Below, in pieces: positions 7,842 to 13,999 of a stretch of DNA of 24,000 nt. The stretch lies in the sequence record KF787095.1, one strand, 5' to 3'. A program made the position numbers and the translations under genes. Within the stretch, counting starts at the first letter, position 1, and every line of letters begins with the position of its first letter. Source of the stretch: Achromobacter phage JWAlpha. Under the pieces are notes generated by a model that was not told the origin of the DNA, searched no databases, and saw nothing but the letters and a program-made list of their open reading frames with translations.

Positions 7842-8974
7842 ATCGTGCGAAGGCTAAAGCCTTCCTCGATAGCAACTCCGCATTTCTCGGTCCCATCCTG
7901 GTGGGGCTACGCTTCGCCTGGGACAAGACCGTGGAAACGGCTTGCACTGACGGTATCGACCTGAAGTGGAATCCCGATTGGTTCATTTCCCTTCAGCCTC
8001 CGGCCCGTGTCACCGTGCTCATGCACGAAATCTGGCACGTTGCCCGGCTGCACTTGATCCGTCGCAATGGCCGTGATCCGCTCTGGTGGAACTACGCCTG
8101 CGACATCTGGATCAACAACCAGTTGGAGCGAGACAAGTTCTCCTTCAAGGGCATCGAGAACTGCTGGAAAGATCAGCAGTATCACGGCAAAACTGAAGAG
8201 GAAATCTACGCTGCCATCTACGACCCTCAGTCGCCGCCCCCGCCTCCGGCGAGCGGCTCCTTCGGTGAAGACGGGGGAGCAGGCGACATGCAGGAATCCC
8301 CTGGTGGCGTCACGGATGCACAGCGTGAAGAAATCCTCTCCACCGTGACCCAAGCAATGCACCAAGCTGGGATCAGTGGAAATCCTGGCTCCATGCCGGG
8401 TGATACCGAAAGGCTCATCACCCAGTTCCTGAAACCTGTGGTGCCGTGGCAATCGCTGCTGCAACGCTTCTTCAACGACATGCAAGATGAAGACTACTCG
8501 TGGTCCCGTCCGAACCGCCGGTTCGATGACATCTATCTGCCTCATCGCTATCTCGATGATGGCAAGCTGGAGCATCTGGCCTATTACCTGGACGTGTCCG
8601 GCAGTATCACCCAACAGGACTTGCTCCGCTTCAACTCCGAAGTGAAGCACGTCTGGGATCATTACCAACCCCAGAAGATGAGCCTCATTCAGTTCGACAC
8701 ACGCATCTCGCATGTGGAAGAAATCGAAGAAGGCCACCGTCTGGACGAGGTGAAGATCAAGGGTGGTGGTGGTACGTGCTTGAAGCCTGTGCGTGAGCAC
8801 ATCATCAAGAACCGCCCCACTGCGGCCATCATCTTCAGCGATATGGAAGTGGCTCCGATGGAGAAGCTCCCCTTCGATATCCCCGTGATTTGGGTTGTTT
8901 TGGGGGGTCGATCCTACCATAAACCCTCCTTCGGGGAGGTCATCATCATTCCTCAAGGGAGCGTACCGCTGTGA
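7814..8974 (+). CDS. Putative metallopeptidase (DUF2201-like N-terminus) with C-terminal VWA-like domain
   Basis: 386 aa. HExxH in 'TVLMHEIWHVARLHLIRRNGRDPLWWNYACDIWINNQL'; MIDAS-like DxSxS in 'LAYYLDVSGSITQQDLLRFNSEV'; Pro/Gly-rich linker between the two. Confidence 0.85.
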   Translation: MSVDLTRELDRAKAKAFLDSNSAFLGPILVGLRFAWDKTVETACTDGIDLKWNPDWFISLQPPARVTVLMHEIWHVARLHLIRRNGRDPLWWNYACDIWINNQLERDKFSFKGIENCWKDQQYHGKTEEEIYAAIYDPQSPPPPPASGSFGEDGGAGDMQESPGGVTDAQREEILSTVTQAMHQAGISGNPGSMPGDTERLITQFLKPVVPWQSLLQRFFNDMQDEDYSWSRPNRRFDDIYLPHRYLDDGKLEHLAYYLDVSGSITQQDLLRFNSEVKHVWDHYQPQKMSLIQFDTRISHVEEIEEGHRLDEVKIKGGGGTCLKPVREHIIKNRPTAAIIFSDMEVAPMEKLPFDIPVIWVVLGGRSYHKPSFGEVIIIPQGSVPL

Positions 8975-9117
8975 ACACTGTCGATGAAATCAAGAAGGCA
9001 ATTCAGGATTACTTCGGTGATACTGAACGCAGCCGTCAAGCAACCCGTGATGGGTTGGAAGACATTGCGAGCGAGGTCGATTGCTTGATCGACGCACTCC
9101 GTAGCGATACGGAGTAA
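8971..9117 (+). CDS. Small hypothetical protein, 48 aa, GTG start (not in supplied track)
   Basis: The GTG at 8971 overlaps the previous stop (GTGA). Translation (M/V)NTVDEIKKAIQDYFGDTERSRQATRDGLEDIASEVDCLIDALRSDTE*, ending 2 nt before the next ATG. AAGGGAG lies 5' of the GTG. Confidence 0.6.
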   Translation: MNTVDEIKKAIQDYFGDTERSRQATRDGLEDIASEVDCLIDALRSDTE

Positions 9118-9119
9118 CC

Positions 9120-9614
9120 ATGATCATCAACGGCCATGCATTGCTCGAAGCAATGCCCATTCGTGATATGGAATCCACCAAGGTGAGCCGTGGCGGCGTC
9201 ACCTTTGGTTTGGGTGAAGCAGGATACGACATCCGCATCAAGCAGGGTGTCGTGTTCCATCCGAACCAAGGTGGACACATTCAACATGCCGATGGTTCTC
9301 GTGATCACTTCACGGGACGCTTCACCATCGCATCGGCTGTGGAAGAATTCCGCATGCCGAGCAACCTGACCGGTATCGTTCATGACAAGTCCACTTGGGC
9401 ACGTCGTGGACTGTCCGTCTTCAACACCGTCATCGAGCCGGGTTGGGATGGGTTTCTCACCCTGGAGTTGGTCTACCATGGTTCCACTGGCTTGTTCATC
9501 CCTCCGGGTGTGGGCATTGCTCAAGTGGTGTTCCATCAGACCGCTCGTGATGCCGTCTACAACGGACGATATCAGAACCAAGAAGACAAGCCGGTAGCCG
9601 CAAAGGATGCCTAA
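9120..9614 (+). CDS. dcd: dCTP deaminase-like protein
   Basis: 164 aa with 'GVTFGLGEAGYDIRIKQG...MPSNLTGIVHDKSTWARRGLSVFNTVIEPGWDGFLTLELVYHGSTGLFIPPGVGIAQVVFHQT...YNGRYQNQEDKP', the dCTP deaminase/dUTPase fold signature. Confidence 0.88.
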   Translation: MIINGHALLEAMPIRDMESTKVSRGGVTFGLGEAGYDIRIKQGVVFHPNQGGHIQHADGSRDHFTGRFTIASAVEEFRMPSNLTGIVHDKSTWARRGLSVFNTVIEPGWDGFLTLELVYHGSTGLFIPPGVGIAQVVFHQTARDAVYNGRYQNQEDKPVAAKDA

Positions 9615-9853
9615 TGAAGACACCATGCGAGGTTTGCGGTGAAGCTAACGTGTGGCCACTCTTTGATTGGCAATACAGTTACGTCTGCAAAACTTGTGTG
9701 GAGTTGGGCGACGATGTGGGGTACGACGCAGAGGCCGAATGCTATCGGCTTGTGAGTCGGTGTCCTGGTTGTGGAGAAGCCGGTACGGTGAACTATGGTA
9801 GGGAAACCGACATGGCTTACTACTGTGGTGGCTCTCCGAGATGTTGCCCGTGA
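9614..9853 (+). CDS. Small Cys-rich (zinc-ribbon-like) protein, 79 aa
   Basis: CEVC...CKTC...CPGC...CGGSPRCC spacing; start overlaps the dcd stop (TAATG). Confidence 0.7.
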   Translation: MKTPCEVCGEANVWPLFDWQYSYVCKTCVELGDDVGYDAEAECYRLVSRCPGCGEAGTVNYGRETDMAYYCGGSPRCCP

Positions 9854-9915
9854 GTCAAAGTTAGGCTATTGTGAAGTCTTTCGTGGGGGTGAGAGTCCCC
9901 TGAAGGAGAAATGGC

Positions 9916-10074
9916 ATGTTCTTCGGTTTGTTCAAGTTGTTCAGAGCATATGTGTTCGACCTGGTTCCGATCTCGTCGTATTACATTCCCACCGAATCGC
10001 AGTGTGTTGAGCATGCCGCCAGCCTGAAGTCCTCCAACAAGGTCAGACGACCCGAACAGGACGACTACGGTTAG
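9916..10074 (+). CDS. Small hypothetical protein, 52 aa (not in supplied track)
   Basis: Good SD AAGGAG at 9903-9908 before ATG 9916; MFFGLFKLFRAYVFDLVPISSYYIPTESQCVEHAASLKSSNKVRRPEQDDYG*. Confidence 0.5.
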   Translation: MFFGLFKLFRAYVFDLVPISSYYIPTESQCVEHAASLKSSNKVRRPEQDDYG

Positions 10075-10111
10075 GTACGATCTCATTGAGATGAAAACAC
10101 ACATGCGCCGA

Positions 10112-10138
10112 GAAGCCCAGGGCAAACCCCTGGGCTTC
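10112..10138 (+). terminator. Strong 11-bp hairpin; terminator or processing hairpin at the 5' edge of the RNA block
   Basis: GAAGCCCAGGG-CAAAC-CCCTGGGCTTC, perfect stem, but no U-tract follows (GTGCTTTCC). Confidence 0.5.
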
Positions 10139-10232
10139 GTGCTTTCCAGACTCTTGAGTCTGCATTCTCTCCAACCTTAGTTACTGTGGGCGCTTCTTGC
10201 GTGACCGCATGACGATGTAGTTGGAACCAGAG

Positions 10233-10308
10233 AGGGCAGATCAAAGGGTACTGATCGTCGTAGCTGACGTAGGTGCACTGGATGGGTTCGATTCCCGGCG
10301 TTGTCCCT
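10233..10308 (+). tRNA. Atypical tRNA-like element (degenerate or noncanonical)
   Basis: Acceptor-like AGGGCA/TG(T)CCCT with one bulge; D-arm-like GATC-AAAGGGTACT-GATC; CGTC-GTAGCT-GACG arm with a 6-nt loop; T-arm-like GGG-TTCGATT-CCC. Confidence 0.35.
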
Positions 10309-10319
10309 GGTGGGCAAAG

Positions 10320-10370
10320 TAAAGTGCTGACGTGTTGCACGTCGCTATTATCCACGAGAGTGGCACTGAC
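10320..10370 (+). ncRNA. Compact multi-hairpin structure
   Basis: Outer AGTG/CACT pairing encloses GACGTG-TTG-CACGTC and CCAC-GAGA-GTGG (10352-10363). Confidence 0.3.
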
Positions 10371-10396
10371 AGTATTGCTTCGGGAACGTGAAAGGG

Positions 10397-10451
10397 ACGG
10401 TCTTCTAAATCAGTGGATGTTCGCATCGACTGTTGGGTGTTCAAGTCACCC
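10397..10451 (+). tRNA. tRNA-like 3' half (class II-like)
   Basis: Perfect T arm GGGTG-TTCAAGT-CACCC (10435-10451); variable-arm-like hairpin CAGTGGATG-TTCG-CATCGACTG (10411-10432); weak anticodon-arm-like ACGGT-CTTCTAA-ATCAG. Acceptor pairing not found, so boundaries are uncertain. Confidence 0.35.
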
Positions 10452-10510
10452 CGCTTCGGCGTAGGCAAATTGGAAAAGCCAAGACAAGAGCAAGTAGCGT
10501 GAAGGATTTT

Positions 10511-10550
10511 GGGCGTTTATATGAAACGTCCCCCACACAGAGATGTGTGG
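10511..10550 (+). ncRNA. Two abutting hairpins
   Basis: GGGCGTTT-ATATG-AAACG(T)CCC followed directly by CCACACA-GAGA-TGTGTGG. Confidence 0.35.
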
Positions 10551-10624
10551 TCTGCGCACTAGAGCATTAGCGATGGAAGGATGACCGATGTCCATTCGCA
10601 TGGTCCAGGTCTAGTGTGCAGTCC

Positions 10625-10707
10625 ACACGTCTCATGACGTGTATTCAGAGGGTAATTCCTCTGGTCTACAGACCCCCCAGATCCCTCCGGTGATGAGCCA
10701 CCGGAGG
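10625..10707 (+). ncRNA. Run of four consecutive hairpins
   Basis: ACACGTC-TCAT-GACGTGT; CAGAGG-GTAATT-CCTCTG; GGTC-TACA-GACC (shares one base with the previous stem); CCTCCGGTG-ATGAGC-CACCGGAGG. Confidence 0.35.
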
Positions 10708-10724
10708 CGTATGGGAGTCACAAT

Positions 10725-10813
10725 CCCCAAGGTAGCTCAGTTGGTAGAGTAGTCCGGAATCACCCTGTGTTCTCCGGAAAGGTCGGTGGTTCGAGTCCAC
10801 CCCGAGGGGGCCA
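10725..10813 (+). tRNA. Atypical tRNA-like element ending in an encoded CCA, expanded anticodon-region loop
   Basis: Acceptor CCCCAAGG/CCGAGGGG (two internal mismatches), TA, D arm GCTC-AGTTGGTA-GAGT, central stem TCCGGA/TCCGGA with 14-nt loop, perfect T arm GGTGG-TTCGAGT-CCACC, G+CCA at 10810-10813. Confidence 0.5.
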
Positions 10814-10823
10814 AACAAGTTCT

Positions 10824-10849
10824 GATCCAGTGTAGGCATACACTGGGTC
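10824..10849 (+). ncRNA. 11-bp hairpin between tRNA-like elements
   Basis: GATCCAGTGTA-GGCA-TACACTGGGTC (one G-T pair), followed by GCTGT-ACGCG-ACAGC (10856-10870). Confidence 0.35.
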
Positions 10850-10874
10850 GTCAGTGCTGTACGCGACAGCTCTG

Positions 10875-10972
10875 GGGCGTAGTGGTGGAATTGGTAAACA
10901 CAGAGTCCTTCTCCGGACTCCGAGCGTAGCCGCGAGGTGCTCTTGCAGGTTCGACTCCTGCCTACAATGCCC
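10875..10972 (+). tRNA. Atypical class II (Leu-like D arm) tRNA-like element
   Basis: GGGC+GTAG pairs with CTAC(AAT)GCCC; D arm TG-GTG-GAATTGGTAAA-CAC; stem GAGTCC-TTCTCC-GGACTC; long variable arm GAGC...GCTC; perfect T arm GCAGG-TTCGACT-CCTGC. No CCA encoded. Confidence 0.5.
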
Positions 10973-11029
10973 GAATTGATTGGGAAACAGGTCAGATAGC
11001 GACTCATAAGCGCGACTCTTATAAAACCC

Positions 11030-11057
11030 TGCCAATCATCAGATAGCAGGATTGGCA
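11030..11057 (+). ncRNA. 8-bp hairpin at the 3' part of the RNA block
   Basis: TGCCAATC-ATCAGATAGCAG-GATTGGCA; preceded by ATAAG-CGCGACT-CTTAT (11006-11022). Confidence 0.3.
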
Positions 11058-11190
11058 CTGGGTACTTTGCCCCTGAAATCCTAGGCACAGGCTGCAAAAA
11101 GCTACAGCCCAGTCTTGCTTTCTGATGGTTGAGCCTGAACTCAGATGCGGGTGGCCTCCGTCGTCACTGGGTTAGACCATCTTCACCAAC

Positions 11191-11225
11191 AAAACCAGAC
11201 AGCGTAAAGCTGCTCTGGTTTTTCT
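11191..11225 (+). terminator. Rho-independent terminator ending the RNA block
   Basis: AAAACCAGA-CAGC-GTAAA-GCTG-(C)-TCTGGTTTT followed by TTCTTTTT. Confidence 0.8.
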
Positions 11226-11242
11226 TTTTACTACTCAACATC

Positions 11243-11566
11243 ATGATCCAAAAACACAACAAAGAGTCTCTGAAGCAGACCCTCCAAGAACACGCTGAAG
11301 TAGTTGTACGCTTCACGGCTGAATGGTGCGGTCCTTGCAAAGCGTTCGCCCCTGCCTTCAACGAAGTGGCGACGGACGCCAACAACAACGGCATCACGTT
11401 CCTCGTGATCGATGCTGACGCCAATCCCGATATCACCGCTGAATACGGTGTGCGTGGTCTGCCGTCGGTACTGTTCTTCATCCATGGTCAAGTCGTTGGC
11501 CGTGTGGCCGGTGCCATGACTGCGGAGAAATTCCGCGAAGTGGTGTCGAAGCAGTTCAACCGCTAA
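11243..11566 (+). CDS. trx: Thioredoxin
   Basis: 'VVVRFTAEWCGPCKAFAPAFNEVATD...ITFLVIDADANPDITAEYGVRGLPSVLFFIHGQVVGRVAGAM', with WCGPC active site and cis-Pro. The ATG at 11243 is the first after the terminator; the track start at 11129 is upstream of it. Confidence 0.9.
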   Translation: MIQKHNKESLKQTLQEHAEVVVRFTAEWCGPCKAFAPAFNEVATDANNNGITFLVIDADANPDITAEYGVRGLPSVLFFIHGQVVGRVAGAMTAEKFREVVSKQFNR

Positions 11567-11576
11567 GGAGCCATTC

Positions 11577-12155
11577 ATGGCCATTGATATTCGTGAGTAT
11601 GAAGCACGCATTCTGGCCATGGATGCTGCCGAAAAGCGTGATAGCACCAGTATGACTGCGTTGCAGACAAGTCTGTTTGACAAGATGCTGAACCAACAGA
11701 TGAAGGACGCTCTCGTCCATGGGATGGGCCTGAATAACGTCAGCCTGAACGATCTGACACAGGCAACTGGTGTGTATTCCATCAACGTGCCGGACAATCC
11801 ATTCAGTAAAGCACAAGATCGTGCCTTCATGTCCAACGTAGCAGTAGACATCATCGACGCTATTGAGTCTATGTGGCGAGAGGATATCGTTCAACTCCGT
11901 GACCAGCTGGAAAATGAAAGACGTCGCAAGGAAATGTATGACCGGCTTGAGATGGAAAACGAGATCAAGCGAAAGTTCTACGAGGCAGAATCACGCCGAC
12001 TAGATTCGCTGATGGTTGAACAACAGATCATCGGTAAGCAATTCCCCACTGTCATCTTTGACGACTATCGAAAGGAAGTCGAAGAGATCTGCAAACCCGA
12101 ACCACCGAAGAAGAAAGGCTTCCCTTGGTTCTTCGGCAACAAAAGGAGATGGTAA
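11577..12155 (+). CDS. Hypothetical coiled-coil-rich protein, 192 aa
   Basis: Long ORF; charged helical C-terminal half (RDQLENERRRKEMYDRLEMENEIKRKFYEAESRRLDS), SD AAGGAG. Confidence 0.75.
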   Translation: MAIDIREYEARILAMDAAEKRDSTSMTALQTSLFDKMLNQQMKDALVHGMGLNNVSLNDLTQATGVYSINVPDNPFSKAQDRAFMSNVAVDIIDAIESMWREDIVQLRDQLENERRRKEMYDRLEMENEIKRKFYEAESRRLDSLMVEQQIIGKQFPTVIFDDYRKEVEEICKPEPPKKKGFPWFFGNKRRW

Positions 12156-12343
12156 TGCGTCATCGTTTTCTTATGGCTCCGCCTTCGAGCGTTGCCGCGT
12201 CCAAGACCCTGGACAGTGTTCGTGATCTGGCTCGTGAATTCGGCTGGAAGATGGACATGCCTGTCCGTGACTTCCTGCGTCAGCGATTGGAGCAAGCAAA
12301 GATCGCAGATCGCTGGGAAGAAGATTCCCTCAAGGGGCAGTAA
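12155..12343 (+). CDS. Hypothetical protein, 62 aa
   Basis: The ATG at 12155 overlaps the previous stop (TAATG); SD AAAGGAGA upstream. Confidence 0.65.
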   Translation: MRHRFLMAPPSSVAASKTLDSVRDLAREFGWKMDMPVRDFLRQRLEQAKIADRWEEDSLKGQ

Positions 12344-12558
12344 TGACCCGACGGCAAGACCCCTGGAGTGGGAACCATGACCATGATTTCCACTCCGCTC
12401 ACCCCACTCGCCTTCAAGAGTTGCGTGAGAGGACCAACAACCAAATCCCATTCAACTGGGCTACCCGGAAGTGTGCACACTGCAAACGCTCCCGGAGTCT
12501 GACGCAGTATAAAGGCGACAGCACGACGTGTAAGCGTTGCCCACCACAGGAGAAGTAA
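12343..12558 (+). CDS. Small protein with CxxC...CxxC zinc-finger-like motif, 71 aa
   Basis: 'RKCAHCKRSRSLTQYKGDSTTCKRCPP'; start overlaps the previous stop. Confidence 0.65.
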   Translation: MTRRQDPWSGNHDHDFHSAHPTRLQELRERTNNQIPFNWATRKCAHCKRSRSLTQYKGDSTTCKRCPPQEK

Positions 12559-13028
12559 TGCGTACTCCTTTCTTCCGCCCCCGGCCCAAGAAGCCGGTTC
12601 GACTACCTATCATGTTCCGAGGTTCCACTGATATGGAAAACGAACTCAAGATCGTGCCATTCGTGTACCTGGACAACATCTCCCGTGGCACTGGCGACGT
12701 TGAGATGTTTCTCACTCTGGTGTTCCGTGTTCTATCCGGACTGAAGATGTGTGAGTACTTCCCCGATCAATCCAAGCAGCTGGCTCGTGTAGTTCTCCCG
12801 AGCTTGGCTGCGTTGTGGTCGGTGGGAAACCGCATCATCAAGAAGCACAAGGTTGGTTTCTCTGGTGACGAGTACAAAGCCATACAGGCCGGTCTGGTTC
12901 AGATCGACAACATGCATGGTCACGTCACCAGGAAAGAGCACAGGGACATCATCTCCGACGTAGGCATGAAAGTCGGTGGCATGTCTCTGACCATGCAATC
13001 ACTGGAACCCTACAAGGACCACGTATGA
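12558..13028 (+). CDS. Hypothetical protein, 156 aa
   Basis: ATG at 12558 overlaps the previous stop (TAATG); SD AGGAGA. Confidence 0.7.
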   Translation: MRTPFFRPRPKKPVRLPIMFRGSTDMENELKIVPFVYLDNISRGTGDVEMFLTLVFRVLSGLKMCEYFPDQSKQLARVVLPSLAALWSVGNRIIKKHKVGFSGDEYKAIQAGLVQIDNMHGHVTRKEHRDIISDVGMKVGGMSLTMQSLEPYKDHV

Positions 13029-13936
13029 GCCAGATCAAGGCAACCGTTATCGCGGATAGCATCAGCCCCCAAGGCATCCGCTTGACCACTTTCGAGTTGG
13101 TCTATCACCGCTTTATCCACTCGGAGTTCATGACTCACCGCATGATCTCCAAGAACTCGGCCAGCAGCCGTGCCATTCCCACCCAGAAGCTGTTGGATCA
13201 GGTCCGCAATGACCCGATGATTCCGGTGCACTGGGGTCTGAACCAAAAGGGAATGCAGGCAGATCACGAAGTCAGCGAGGAAGCTCGCCAGGACGCGATT
13301 GATCGCTGGCGTTGGGCAGCAGGCCAAGCGGCAGATGCTGCGGAAGGCATGATGGCTATCGGCATCCACAAGCAGGTCGCCAATCGTCCGCTGGAACCGT
13401 ACATCGCCATGCGTGTCATCGCTACCGGCACCGAGTGGAACAACCTGTTCCATCTGCGTCTGCACAAGGACGCACAGCCTGAATTCCGTGAACTAGCTCA
13501 GGCGATGCGTATCGCCCGTGAAGCGGCTACGCCCACCTTGCTGTATCCCGGCATGTGGCACCTGCCGTACATCACGCCGAAGGACACGGTGGCTGTGCAC
13601 AACTATCTGAAGCACGGGCGTATCACTCGCAACGAGCCGACGTCCGAAGAAGTGCTGGCAGTACTGCGCAGAATCAGCGTGGCCCGTTGTGCACGCGTCA
13701 GCTACAACAACCAGGAAGGCAAGCCCAGCGTTATCACTGAAGACCTGTTGCTCTACGAGCGTCTGGTTGGAAGTGTGCCGCTGCATGCCAGCCCGACGGA
13801 ACACCAGGCTACGCCGGACAAACTCATTGAGTTGGACAACGGCGATATGGACTGGATGTCGTCGGAGAAGCACGGCAACCTCAACGGTTGGATTCAGTAT
13901 CGCAAGACCCTGATCGGCGAGAACGTTCCCGGCTAA
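13025..13936 (+). CDS. thyX: ThyX-like flavin-dependent thymidylate synthase
   Basis: 303 aa. 'HSEFMTHRMISKNSASSRAIPTQKLL' resembles the ThyX motif region (RHRxxSxNxxSxR), and a C-terminal 'ISVARCARVSYNNQEGK...LLYERLVGSVPLHASPTEHQATP' supports this. Confidence 0.85.
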   Translation: MSQIKATVIADSISPQGIRLTTFELVYHRFIHSEFMTHRMISKNSASSRAIPTQKLLDQVRNDPMIPVHWGLNQKGMQADHEVSEEARQDAIDRWRWAAGQAADAAEGMMAIGIHKQVANRPLEPYIAMRVIATGTEWNNLFHLRLHKDAQPEFRELAQAMRIAREAATPTLLYPGMWHLPYITPKDTVAVHNYLKHGRITRNEPTSEEVLAVLRRISVARCARVSYNNQEGKPSVITEDLLLYERLVGSVPLHASPTEHQATPDKLIELDNGDMDWMSSEKHGNLNGWIQYRKTLIGENVPG

Positions 13937-13950
13937 ATCGGGTTGTTTGG

Positions 13951-13974
13951 GGGAGGCATCCGCCTCCCTCTTTT
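13951..13974 (+). terminator. Rho-independent terminator
   Basis: GGGAGGC-ATCC-GCCTCCC followed by TCTTTT. Confidence 0.85.
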
Positions 13975-13999
13975 CTATTTCTCACCCATGGAGATTTAA

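Noticed and set aside
8926-8940. CCTCC-TTCGG-GGAGG hairpin as a terminator
   Set aside because: It lies inside the VWA gene's coding region, lacks a U-tract, and the operon continues with overlapping starts.
10083-10468. Minus-strand ORFs 10083..10355 and 10241..10468, and + strand ORF 10273..10464
   Set aside because: They overlap structured non-coding elements and tRNA-like arms, with no convincing RBS or domain.
10666-11097. Minus-strand ORF with 'GGLEPPTF...GVDSNHRP' (143 aa)
   Set aside because: These peptide strings are typical artefacts of antisense translation of tRNA genes. I used them as support for tRNA-like sequences, not as a protein.
10112-11120. Group I intron or hammerhead ribozyme explanation for the structured block
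   Set aside because: I did not recognise a group I core or a CUGAUGA...GAAA hammerhead core. 'GGTGATGAGCCACC' at 10690-10702 only superficially resembles one. An Rfam search would be decisive.
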